From an uncultured Planctomycetia bacterium (GTDB lineage Bacteria > Omnitrophota > Gorgyraeia > Tantalellales > Tantalellaceae), in the NCBI GenBank assembly GCA_964451815.1, contig CAYVIW010000076.1:6210-70209 (forward strand): 64,000 bases of DNA, written 5' to 3'. Below, in pieces: positions 44,240-53,052 of this stretch; within the stretch, counting starts at the first letter, position 1; the number at the start of each line of letters is the position of its first letter. The translations under genes and the position numbers were made by a program. The notes under the pieces were generated by a model that was given only the letters and a program-made list of their open reading frames with translations, had not been told where the DNA came from and searched no databases.

Positions 44240-44446
44240 CTATTTTCCGGCCTGTGAATTGCCTTCTATTATGCTTTTAAGATGCTCTATCTCTTCTTCA
44301 GTATATTCCCTGTAGCTGTTTATCGGATTGCGCCGAGGCTCAGGGAAGATGCCTTTCTTTTCATAGTTTATTACCGTACCCCGGTATATCCCGAGTATAT
44401 CGGCAACTTCCTGAACAGTATATTTTCTTGTTCCGTTAGCTATCAT
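44240..44446 (-). CDS. Stand-alone MerR-type winged-HTH protein (BldC-like), 68 aa
   Basis: YTVQEVADILG...TVINYEKKG..P.PRR...YREYT. No dimerisation helix or effector domain; 11 nt upstream of smc. Confidence 0.88.
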   Translation of the reverse strand: MIANGTRKYTVQEVADILGIYRGTVINYEKKGIFPEPRRNPINSYREYTEEEIEHLKSIIEGNSQAGK

Positions 44447-44459
44447 GATCCGGATTATA

Positions 44460-44524
44460 GTTTGATGACCTTTGTATATGTTTGAATGCCTTTGATTAAG
44501 TTTGTTAGAGTATATATGGCTTTG
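44460..44524. repeat. 10-bp-phased (G/C)TTTG array, candidate operator
   Basis: TTTG starts at 44461, 44471, 44481, 44491, 44501 and 44521. Confidence 0.8.
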
Positions 44525-44537
44525 GTGTTCTTGTCAA
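44509..44537 (-). promoter_or_regulatory. Near-consensus sigma70 promoter of the merR-like/smc unit
   Basis: TTGACA-N17-TATACT. A second TATAAT at 44459-44454 lies 7 nt before the ATG. Confidence 0.8.
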
Positions 44538-44606
44538 GGTCTTAAGAAAAAAATATCACCGCTTTGGGATCCTCGCTAAGATCACTAAGACTAAAATCCT
44601 CTAATA

Positions 44607-44782
44607 TAAGGGTATTCGGGTAAACAGCGGTATATTTTCGAGAGGCACCGTGAAGAGAGCAAGCATGGTCCCGCCCTGCGATATTATGACAATGGCGGGT
44701 TGCGGGCGGAACGTTGAGGACGATTTCCTCGCAAAATCGTACATCCCCTCGAGAATATACTGCTGTTTACCCTTGTTCTTTA
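44607..44782 (+). ncRNA. Candidate structured RNA / foldback with 25-bp closing stem
   Basis: 44618-44642 pairs with 44748-44772, with both mismatches G-U on the plus strand. Internal hairpins CCGCCC/GGGCGG and GAGGA/TCCTC. Confidence 0.45.
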
Positions 44783-44833
44783 GATAAGTAGTAAAATACC
44801 AAGGGACACTCATGGATCAAAGGGATAGTATCG

Positions 44834-46057
44834 CTACTTCTTGAGGACTTTTTTGAATTCCTGCGTGAGCATCGGGATGACCTTGAAGATATCGCCAACT
44901 ATGCCATATGTGGCTATTTTGAATATAGGAGCTTCGGGATCTTTGTTTATGGCGACTATCGTACCGGAAGACTGCATTCCTATAAGATGCTGTATCTGCC
45001 CGCTTATGCCGCACGCTATGTAAAGTTTGGGACACACTGTCTTTCCGGTCTGCCCGACCTGATGGGAATAGGGTATCCAGTCCGCGTCAACAGCCGCGCG
45101 CGAAGCCCCCAGTGCGCCGTTAAGAGTGAGAGCGAGGTCTTTTATCATGCCGAAGTTCTCCGCCCCGCCAACTCCCCTGCCGCCGGAAACTATTATATCG
45201 GCCTCGGCCAAATTAACCGTCTCCTCTATCTCCTCCACTATATCCATAAGCCGGGTACGCGAAACGAAAGCGTCTTCGGGGAACTCTTCCTTTATGATCT
45301 CGCCTTTGCGGGCGGGGTCAGGGTCTGATTCTTTCATTACCTTGTGCCGGACTGTGGCCATCTGAGGTCTGTGATTGGGTGATATTATGGTCGCCATGAT
45401 ATTCCCGCCGAAAGCCGGACGGGTCTGAAGCAGTATCTTCTCTTTCTCGTCAATGTCAAGACCGGTACAGTCGGCGGTAAGACCGGCCCCCAAAGTCACG
45501 GCAACGCGCGATATAAGGCTTCTACCTATAACGGTGGCGCCGCAGAGAACTATCTCGGGCTTGTATTTAGAAACAAGCCCTGTAAGGACTTTTGTGTAAG
45601 GATCGTCCAGATACCCCTTGAGCTTCGGCGAATCCACAAGATAGACCTTGTCGGCTCCCCTGGCGATAAGCTCAGCGCACTCTCCCTCTACATTCTCACC
45701 CAGCAATACAGCGCAAAGGTTCGAGCCTAGCCGGTCGGCGAGTTCTCTGCCTTTTCCCAGAAGCTCAAAAACCACCGACTGGACTTTTCCCTTTTTTTGT
45801 TCGGCGAAAACCCAAACATCTTTGTAAAGTGAAAAATCTACCTTACTCTCCGGTTCTTTCTTTTCGATCACTATAGCCTGGAACTTGCACGCTTCCGCAC
45901 ATGCCCCGCAAAGCGTACATTTTGTAAGGTCTATTACGGCCTTCCTATCTTTCATCTCTATGGCGCCGAAAGGACAAACCTTTACACAAAGCGTACAACC
46001 CGTGCATTTATCTATCAAAACTTTTATCGCGTCACTTCCCACTCTATCTCCTGTCAC
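44834..46057 (-). CDS. etfA: Electron transfer flavoprotein alpha subunit with N-terminal 2x[4Fe-4S] ferredoxin domain
   Basis: CxxCxxCxxxC twice, GLTADC, TRPAFGGN, SGGRG, QVGQTGK, GISGQIQH. Confidence 0.95.
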   Translation of the reverse strand: MTGDRVGSDAIKVLIDKCTGCTLCVKVCPFGAIEMKDRKAVIDLTKCTLCGACAEACKFQAIVIEKKEPESKVDFSLYKDVWVFAEQKKGKVQSVVFELLGKGRELADRLGSNLCAVLLGENVEGECAELIARGADKVYLVDSPKLKGYLDDPYTKVLTGLVSKYKPEIVLCGATVIGRSLISRVAVTLGAGLTADCTGLDIDEKEKILLQTRPAFGGNIMATIISPNHRPQMATVRHKVMKESDPDPARKGEIIKEEFPEDAFVSRTRLMDIVEEIEETVNLAEADIIVSGGRGVGGAENFGMIKDLALTLNGALGASRAAVDADWIPYSHQVGQTGKTVCPKLYIACGISGQIQHLIGMQSSGTIVAINKDPEAPIFKIATYGIVGDIFKVIPMLTQEFKKVLKK

Positions 46058-46093
46058 TGATCCGTCAACAAAGGTGGCAGACTATAAGCCCTG

Positions 46094-46885
46094 TCACCCG
46101 ATAATTACATCCTTCAATAAACCCGCGAGTTCTTTAGCTATCTCATCGGGCTCCCCTTCTATTATCTGTCCGCCTCCTCTGGGCGGGGGGGTAAAAACTT
46201 TCACAACGCGCGTGGGAGACCCGTCCAGCCCTATTTTATCATCATCACAGAGCAGGTCATCCGCCGTCCATACCGGTATTTCCGCTTTCTTGGCCCTCAT
46301 CTTGCCCTTCAGAGAAGGAAGGCGAGGCTCATTTATCTCTTTTACCACAGTGAACACGACCGGCAGGGGTGTTTCTATAATATCATATCCCTCCTCTGTC
46401 ATGCGTTCGACCAGGGCCTTTTGCGCGTCTATTTTCTCTATCTTTTTCACATATGTGACCTGGGGAATATCAAGATGCATCGATATCCCGGGGCCTACCT
46501 GCGCGGTATCTCCGTCGGATGCCTGTTTGCCGCAAAATACCACCCCATGATCACCTATTTTCCTGATAGCCTGAGCGAGAGTATAGCTGGTTGCCCAGGT
46601 ATCGCTTCCGGCGAACTTCCTGTCGCTTACAAGAACAGCGCTGTCACAGCCCATGGATATGGCTTCACGCAGAGCTTCAGATGCCTGCGGTGGACCCATG
46701 CTTATCGCTACCACCTCGGCCCCCTCTCCAAACCGCTCCTTAAGACGCAGAGCTTCCTCTATGGCGTACATATCGAAAGGATTTATTACCGACTCCACGC
46801 CTTCTCTTTTGAGCGTGTTGGTAACGGGATCTATCTTAACATCTGTGGTGTTGGGAACCTGTTTTATGAGTACAAGTATTTTCAT
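46094..46885 (-). CDS. etfB: Electron transfer flavoprotein beta subunit
   Basis: KQVP, NPFD, MGP, GSDTWATS, GKQASDGDTAQVGP, NEPR. Confidence 0.96.
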   Translation of the reverse strand: MKILVLIKQVPNTTDVKIDPVTNTLKREGVESVINPFDMYAIEEALRLKERFGEGAEVVAISMGPPQASEALREAISMGCDSAVLVSDRKFAGSDTWATSYTLAQAIRKIGDHGVVFCGKQASDGDTAQVGPGISMHLDIPQVTYVKKIEKIDAQKALVERMTEEGYDIIETPLPVVFTVVKEINEPRLPSLKGKMRAKKAEIPVWTADDLLCDDDKIGLDGSPTRVVKVFTPPPRGGGQIIEGEPDEIAKELAGLLKDVIIG

Positions 46886-46981
46886 GGCTTTTTGGTCTTA
46901 CCCCTGTGAACGCAAACTCATGGGCTATGCCGCAGCTTACGTTCCTACCAGAGCTTACTCCGCTTCCTTCAAAACTCCCGT

Positions 46982-48136
46982 TTACTTCGCCAGCCCTTGC
47001 TTTATAAGCGCCGACGCTATGACACTGCGCTGTATCTGGTTAGTCCCTTCATATATCTGGGTTATTTTGGCGTCTCTCATGAGCTTCTCGACAGGGTACT
47101 CCTTCATATAACCGTATCCCCCGAAAAGCTGAACGGCGTCGGTCGTAACTTTCATCGCCGTATCTGAGGCAAAAAGCTTGCACATTGCCGAAACTTTAGC
47201 TATGTTCTTAGCTCCAGAATCGACCATCCTCGCGGCCGAGTATATCATGGCTCTCGAGGCCTCGACCTGTGTCGCCATATCCGCCAGCATCCACTGTACT
47301 CCCTGGAAAGACGATATCGACGCTCCGAACTGTCTTCTTTCATGGGTATATTTCACAGCTTCGTCAACGGCCCTCTGAGCTATACCTACAGCCTGAGCCG
47401 CCACGCCGGGCCTTGAGTGGTCGAAAGTCTTCATGGCCACAATGAACCCGAGCCCTTCCTTGCCCAACAAATTCTCTTTAGGTATCTTACAATCGGTAAA
47501 AATTACCTCTCTTGTGGCCGACCCTCTTATGCCGAGCTTATCTTCTTTTTTACCGAAACTTACTCCCGGGGTATCCTTGTCCACAATAAAAGCGCTTGCG
47601 CCGCGGGCGCCTTTAGACCTGTCGCTCATAGCTATAACTGTATACACCTCGGCTTCCCCGCCATTGGTGATCCATTGCTTCGTACCGTTAAGTATGTAAT
47701 GGTCTCCATCTTTTTTAGCGGTGGTCTTTATCCCGCCGGCGTCCGAGCCGGCTTCGGCTTCGGTAATGCAGAACGCCGCCAGCTTTTTCCCCGACGCTAT
47801 GTCAGGCAGATATTTTGCTTTCTGCTCTTCGTTAGCGTACAAAAGTATCGGATATGTACCGAGACCCGTAGCCGCAAAAGCAAGAGCTATTCCCCCGCAT
47901 CCCCATGAAAGCTGCTCGGTCGCTATGGCCATCTCAAGAACCCCGCCGCCCATGCCGCCGTATTCCTCGGGTATATAAACTCCACATATGTCTGACTCGG
48001 CGAAGATCTTAACTATGTCCCAGGGGAACTCGTTCTTCTCATCGTACTCAGCGGCGACCGGCTTTATCTTTTCCTCCGCTATCTGGTGGCAAAGTTCCTT
48101 TATCATCTGTTGTTCTTCGGTCAAGAGATAATCCAT
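46982..48136 (-). CDS. Acyl-CoA dehydrogenase (Bcd/CarC-like)
   Basis: TEAEAGSD, NGTKQWITNG, RRQFG...FQ, GGYGY, RDAKITQIYEGT. Start ATG 48136 after AAGGAG. Confidence 0.94.
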   Translation of the reverse strand: MDYLLTEEQQMIKELCHQIAEEKIKPVAAEYDEKNEFPWDIVKIFAESDICGVYIPEEYGGMGGGVLEMAIATEQLSWGCGGIALAFAATGLGTYPILLYANEEQKAKYLPDIASGKKLAAFCITEAEAGSDAGGIKTTAKKDGDHYILNGTKQWITNGGEAEVYTVIAMSDRSKGARGASAFIVDKDTPGVSFGKKEDKLGIRGSATREVIFTDCKIPKENLLGKEGLGFIVAMKTFDHSRPGVAAQAVGIAQRAVDEAVKYTHERRQFGASISSFQGVQWMLADMATQVEASRAMIYSAARMVDSGAKNIAKVSAMCKLFASDTAMKVTTDAVQLFGGYGYMKEYPVEKLMRDAKITQIYEGTNQIQRSVIASALIKQGLAK

Positions 48137-48235
48137 TTGGGTCTCCTTGTTTTTTCCTGAACCTGGTCCGCTCAAGGCGTTCAGCTTAAAATATTCGTTT
48201 TCCCGCGAGAAAGTCCGAAGCGTTTAAAGGGCAAA

Positions 48236-49495
48236 TTACTCTTTGAACTTTTTCAGGGTAAGAGTAACGTTATGCCCGCCAAACCCAAGAGAGTTACTTA
48301 TGGCGATATCAACCCCGGCTTCCCGCGCGACATTAGGCACGTAATCCAGATCGCAATCGGGATCGGGATTCTCGTAGTTTATGGTAGGAGGTATAACGCT
48401 ATGCTTTATCGCAAGCGCGCAAGCTATGAGCTCTGTAGCGCCTGTAGCTCCCAAAAGATGCCCGGTAACTCCCTTTGTGGAGCTTACCGGCATATCGTAA
48501 GCCCGCTGACCGAACACCTTCTTAATAGCGCCGGTTTCCATTTTATCGTTAAGTATTGTAGACGTTCCATGAGCGTTTATGTAGTCCACATCCGAGGGGT
48601 CTACGCCCGCGTCCTTAAGTGACCCTCTCATGCATCTTACAGCCCCGTCCCCTTCGGGGTCTGGGGCCGTCATGTGATAGGCGTCCCCGCTCATCCCGTA
48701 GCCGGCGATCTCACAGTATATTTCCGCGCCGCGCTTTCTGGCGTGCTCGAGTTCTTCCAGAACTACCACACCGGAGCCTTCGCCCATTACGAACCCGTCC
48801 CTGTCCCGGTCAAAAGGCCGCGAAGCATGCTGCGGATCATCGTTGCGCATGGAAAGAGCTTTTAACGCGCAAAACCCACCGAATCCCATTTTGGTTATGG
48901 CCGCTTCGGACCCGCCCGCCACCATTATATCGGCTTCGCACCTCTGTATTATTTTGAAAGCGTCCCCTATAGAATGGCTGCCGGTAGCACACGCGGTTAC
49001 AGCCGAAGAATTCGGCCCCTTGAACCCGAGCTCTATGGATACCATTCCCGAAGCCATATTGACTATCAGCATCGGGATAAGGAATGGCGATATCTTAGAG
49101 GCCGCTTTGGCTTCGTCGTCCGAACGAATATACTTCTCATGCTCGGCTTCAACCGTATGAAGGCCTCCTATTCCTGAACCTATATATACGCCCGCTTTTT
49201 CCTGGATGATTTTATCCCGATCAAGACCGCTATCCTCCACGGCCATCTTAGCGGCGGCTATGGCGAACTTAACGAACTTGTCGAGACGCCTTTCCTGTTT
49301 CGGGTTCATATACCGCTTAGCGTCGAAATCCTTTACCTCCGCGGCTATGCGGGAGTTAAAGGGGGAGGGATCAAAAACGGTAAGGCGTGTCACACCTGTC
49401 TTACCATTGATGAGGGAATCCCAGTAATCTTTGACGTTGTTCCCTACGGGAGTAACAGCGCCTACTCCCGTAAGGACTACTCTTCTTTTGGACAT
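48236..49495 (-). CDS. fabF: Beta-ketoacyl-ACP synthase II
   Basis: TACATG, NAHGTST, GHLLGA, NSLGFGGHN. Confidence 0.97.
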   Translation of the reverse strand: MSKRRVVLTGVGAVTPVGNNVKDYWDSLINGKTGVTRLTVFDPSPFNSRIAAEVKDFDAKRYMNPKQERRLDKFVKFAIAAAKMAVEDSGLDRDKIIQEKAGVYIGSGIGGLHTVEAEHEKYIRSDDEAKAASKISPFLIPMLIVNMASGMVSIELGFKGPNSSAVTACATGSHSIGDAFKIIQRCEADIMVAGGSEAAITKMGFGGFCALKALSMRNDDPQHASRPFDRDRDGFVMGEGSGVVVLEELEHARKRGAEIYCEIAGYGMSGDAYHMTAPDPEGDGAVRCMRGSLKDAGVDPSDVDYINAHGTSTILNDKMETGAIKKVFGQRAYDMPVSSTKGVTGHLLGATGATELIACALAIKHSVIPPTINYENPDPDCDLDYVPNVAREAGVDIAISNSLGFGGHNVTLTLKKFKE

Positions 49496-49521
49496 CTTAA
49501 TTTTCGGAAGGTTGCTGACTC

Positions 49522-49764
49522 TTATTTACCGGCGGCTTTTTCTTCTATGTAAGCGATAGCTTCGCCTACCGTAGTAAGCTTTTCCGCGTCTTCATCAGGT
49601 ATCTCAGCACCAAACTCCTCTTCGAGAGCCATTACCAGCTCCACAGTATCGAGGGAATCCGCTCCAAGATCGTCGATGAATTTGGCGTCATCTTTAACTT
49701 CCTCGATCTTTACACCAAGCTGCTCAGCTACGATCGATTTTACCTTTTCAGCTATCTCTGACAT
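49522..49764 (-). CDS. acpP: Acyl carrier protein
   Basis: [20 protein letters not shown]. Confidence 0.98.
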   Translation of the reverse strand: MSEIAEKVKSIVAEQLGVKIEEVKDDAKFIDDLGADSLDTVELVMALEEEFGAEIPDEDAEKLTTVGEAIAYIEEKAAGK

Positions 49765-49869
49765 TTTTCCTCCTTTTATATTACAGTTAGGTAAAACTGC
49801 CTCTCAAATATCCGCTACCTGTATCAACTATTAACCTATGTCGCTTCGCTCCATAAGTTATGGTCTCGT

Positions 49870-50613
49870 TTACATTACCATCCCGCCGTCTATTTTTATG
49901 ACCTGCCCCGTTATATAAGAAGAGCTTTCGCTTGCCAGGAAAAGCGCCAGCCTGGCTACATCTCGAGTCTCTCCCATGCGCCCCAGCGGTATCAGGCTTA
50001 AAAGACTTTCCCGGGCTTCTTCTCCCAGCTTATCGGTCATATCTGTCTTTATAAAACCGGGCGCTATGGCATTAGCCGTTATATTACGCGACCCAAGTTC
50101 CTTGGCGACGGTCTTTGTCAAAGCTATAAGGCCGCCCTTGCTTGCCGAATAATTGGCCTGACCCGCATTGCCCATGACCCCTATTATAGAGGCCATGTTT
50201 ATTATTCTTCCCGACCTGGCTTTCATCATGGGGCGGGTAACGGCTTTTATGCAGTTGAAGGCGCCTTTAAGATTAACATTAATAACGGCGTCCCATTCGT
50301 CTTCCGACATCCTCATAATAAGATCATCTCTGGTGATGCCGGCATTGTTGACAAGTATATCCAATGTGTTGAAATTGTCAAGGGTTTTCTTGACAAAATC
50401 GTTCACTTCAACGGCGCTTGTTACATCTACCTTTCCCGTCATAACCTTGCGTCCGGTCGCCGACTCTATTTCACTTTTAGCGGCGGCAAGGTCCGACTCG
50501 TTTACGTCACATATGGCTATATCCGAACCGTTCTCGGCGAAAAGCATGGCGATATCTCTGCCTATGCCCCGTCCTCCTCCGGTTATAAATGAGACCTTAT
50601 CTTTAAGAAACAT
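49870..50613 (-). CDS. fabG: 3-oxoacyl-ACP reductase
   Basis: TGGGRGIG, NNAGITRD, YSASK. Start ATG 50613 after GGAGGT. Confidence 0.96.
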   Translation of the reverse strand: MFLKDKVSFITGGGRGIGRDIAMLFAENGSDIAICDVNESDLAAAKSEIESATGRKVMTGKVDVTSAVEVNDFVKKTLDNFNTLDILVNNAGITRDDLIMRMSEDEWDAVINVNLKGAFNCIKAVTRPMMKARSGRIINMASIIGVMGNAGQANYSASKGGLIALTKTVAKELGSRNITANAIAPGFIKTDMTDKLGEEARESLLSLIPLGRMGETRDVARLALFLASESSSYITGQVIKIDGGMVM

Positions 50614-50639
50614 TAGCACCTCCGTATTTTCCGCACATA

Positions 50640-50667
50640 ATTGTAACAGCATTGAATATTTTGTCAA
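50640..50667 (-). promoter_or_regulatory. Sigma70-type promoter of fabG
   Basis: TTGACA-N16-TACAAT with TGn extension. Confidence 0.65.
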
Positions 50668-50728
50668 GCGATTTTGCCGCGCAAGCTTCAAATAAAGGCT
50701 TTTTATATAAGCCGGGAAGTTATTATGT

Positions 50729-51217
50729 TCAGTAGAAGAGGTCTTCGTACGGGTCTATCCTGAGATAAAAGATCCTGTATTCGCCGTCCTCGTCCTCGGC
50801 AAAGATACACCTTATACCCGTTTCAGCATTCTCGGAAAATTCCGCTTTATAGGCAAGAAGCGGATAACGCCTGATCGGATCGGATCTTTCGAGTAAAAAT
50901 TGTTTGGAAACATAGTCCCCGTATTCCGCCTTATATCCATGGACCCATAACGCCCTGAAAGCTCTTTCAGACATCTTGCGCCTGCGGCTGGAAAAGTTTT
51001 TTATAAAGCCTTGATAGTCCTGTCTGTTATAGGCTTTTAATGCCATCTCAAGAAGGGGCTCATGATCCTGTCTGAAAACCATCCATTCCTCTTGGGTAAA
51101 ATTTTCCGAAGAATTCGCCCCGCTTTGCGCCACGCAAGTACGAGGAACGGCGGTTATCCAGCATACCGTTAATACAAAGCCCGCCAGGATCGACACGTAA
51201 ATACTCGTTCTTACCAT
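50729..51217 (-). CDS. Hypothetical exported protein (possibly DUF3887-like)
   Basis: N-terminal hydrophobic signal-like segment. The YG...Y.AEF pattern resembles DUF3887 (not verified). Confidence 0.65.
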   Translation of the reverse strand: MVRTSIYVSILAGFVLTVCWITAVPRTCVAQSGANSSENFTQEEWMVFRQDHEPLLEMALKAYNRQDYQGFIKNFSSRRRKMSERAFRALWVHGYKAEYGDYVSKQFLLERSDPIRRYPLLAYKAEFSENAETGIRCIFAEDEDGEYRIFYLRIDPYEDLFY

Positions 51218-51297
51218 ATCATTCCCTTTGAAAAAATTATGTTCTTATATGAGATCAACACATACAGCGCGCACCGCATATTCTACTACCGGGGCGA

Positions 51298-52860
51298 TCA
51301 GTTTTCAAGCATCTCGGAAAACCCACCTCCGGTATAAGCGTCTATATAAGCCGTAAGCTCTTCTATTCTGGAAAGTCTGGTCTTAAGGCCGGAACCATCC
51401 TCTTCAGTTAGGGACCGTGCCTCTTTTATCAGTTTTTTCCTCTCAAAATACAACCTGGTTACATCCTCAAGAATATTATTCCTGAGCTGGACCATGAGCT
51501 TGCTCCTGGTGTCGATCGACGTCTGAGAGGGATTCCAGATAATATTCCCCAGATCCCATACCATGGTAGCCTTCCAGTCGTTCCTCCTGTCGCGTGGACC
51601 ATCCACTATATATGTTCTGGTCGCGCTCTTGTATATTTCCAGATTGTCATTATAGACTTCCCCATAGGCAACAGTAAGCCTGGGGAGCACGGCGTTCCAC
51701 CTGGCGCCCCGCCTCCAACCTTTTATTTTGTCCGGGCTCACCTCGGCATACTCTATGGCCATCTTCTGTGTGGTTGTTATATCCGGACCGGCGGGCGGGA
51801 ATCGAAAACCGGAAGATGAGTTTCTGAATTCGGTGCCATAACCGAACGTGTTCAATTCCCGCGTATATACTTTCCTCTCGGTTGTTATCAGGATATTGCA
51901 GGCACCTTTTTCATCCATGTGAATATCAAGGCCCGTTATGTCCCCTTCCGCCGAAGCCTCGAATATCGAGGTCCACGCGCGGGATACGGGATCTCTCAAA
52001 AAAACCTTGTTCCGGACCGCCGCCATTATGCCCGCCCTCGTTCCGATAGCCATGTTGATCCCCGAAGATGACAACCCATCGACATTGATGTGTTCAGACT
52101 TTTCAGTAAGAGCGTCAAAAAGAACGATCCCCCTTTTGGTGGAAACAACAACCCCTGAAGGGTATCCCACCCCTACATACCTTATGGGCGGCAGGTCAGG
52201 CTCTTCATCTTCCGTTCTATCTTCAAACTCGGAACTATCTCCGTCTGAAACGATGAAATACCTTTTCCATTCCATGGCTCCATCACCTGAATACATAAGG
52301 TCTTCCCCACAAGCCGCGTAGATGACACCGGAGTCTGACACGACGCTTTCTATCTGCCCGGACCTGGGTCCCGTGAAGACAGGCCGTAGGTCCTTGCCCT
52401 CCACAATGAACATCTCATCCACAGTCCACACAATGATCTTGTCTCTGTTCGCGACGAATTCCACCCCCCTGAGACCTTTTTTACCCGGTATATGCCGCCA
52501 TGCCTTACGGGAATGCCCCGCGTTGCCGGGAATAGTATTTATGAACAACCCTTCCATGGTCGCGGCGAGCACTCTTTCCCCCGCGAAAACTATCCCTGTA
52601 ACATGGACATTCCCCGCGGGTAAAGCGGCTTTCTCCCAGTTCTTTCCCCGGTCAATAGTATAGTAAAGCCCGTCTTGTGTTCCTATGTATACCATATCAC
52701 TGCCACTGACGCCTTTTACGCATGTAAGAACAGAGCCTCTTCCTATATTAGCGGTAATATCCTCGAACCCATAAACATTAATGGCACCCGCGAACAATAT
52801 AAAAAACAATAAAAACCGTCCCACGAGCGCCTTGGCCTTTTTCCTTCCCGTCTTTTCCAT
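51298..52860 (-). CDS. Exported protein: beta-propeller-like repeats plus C-terminal single TolC-like repeat
   Basis: Signal peptide; BNR-like T/S-x-D-x-G-x-x-W motifs (TIDRGKNW, SGDGAMEW); C-terminal ARWNAVLPRL...MVWDL...ILEDVTRLYF. Confidence 0.7.
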   Translation of the reverse strand: MEKTGRKKAKALVGRFLLFFILFAGAINVYGFEDITANIGRGSVLTCVKGVSGSDMVYIGTQDGLYYTIDRGKNWEKAALPAGNVHVTGIVFAGERVLAATMEGLFINTIPGNAGHSRKAWRHIPGKKGLRGVEFVANRDKIIVWTVDEMFIVEGKDLRPVFTGPRSGQIESVVSDSGVIYAACGEDLMYSGDGAMEWKRYFIVSDGDSSEFEDRTEDEEPDLPPIRYVGVGYPSGVVVSTKRGIVLFDALTEKSEHINVDGLSSSGINMAIGTRAGIMAAVRNKVFLRDPVSRAWTSIFEASAEGDITGLDIHMDEKGACNILITTERKVYTRELNTFGYGTEFRNSSSGFRFPPAGPDITTTQKMAIEYAEVSPDKIKGWRRGARWNAVLPRLTVAYGEVYNDNLEIYKSATRTYIVDGPRDRRNDWKATMVWDLGNIIWNPSQTSIDTRSKLMVQLRNNILEDVTRLYFERKKLIKEARSLTEEDGSGLKTRLSRIEELTAYIDAYTGGGFSEMLEN

Positions 52861-52887
52861 TTTTTCACTCCTTTTTTAGTTTTGACC

Positions 52888-52915
52888 TTGACATAAACAC
52901 TGCCTTTGATAGAAT
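52888..52915 (+). promoter_or_regulatory. Plus-strand sigma70 promoter (antisense RNA)
   Basis: TTGACA-N16-TAGAAT with TGn. Overlapped by the inverted repeat TTGATAGA-N5-TCTATCAA (52906-52926). Confidence 0.6.
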
Positions 52916-52921
52916 GTATCT

Positions 52922-53005
52922 ATCAATAAAAACGCGGGTCCGACTCCGGATCCTTCGCGTTACAAGGCGGGTGAATATCCCCTACCATCACCCGCCTTTG
53001 ATTTT
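52922..53005 (+). ncRNA. Candidate cis-antisense RNA with two hairpins
   Basis: Hairpin 52931-52961 and an 11-bp perfect hairpin AAGGCGGGTGA/TCACCCGCCTT (52964-52998) followed by TGATTTT. Confidence 0.5.
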
Positions 53006-53029
53006 AATCATTTTTTAATTTTTTGTCAA
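53001..53029 (-). promoter_or_regulatory. Minus-strand sigma70 promoter of the 52860 gene
   Basis: TTGACA-N17-TAAAAT. Confidence 0.7.
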
Positions 53030-53052
53030 TATTTTTTTCATCTTTCATCAAG

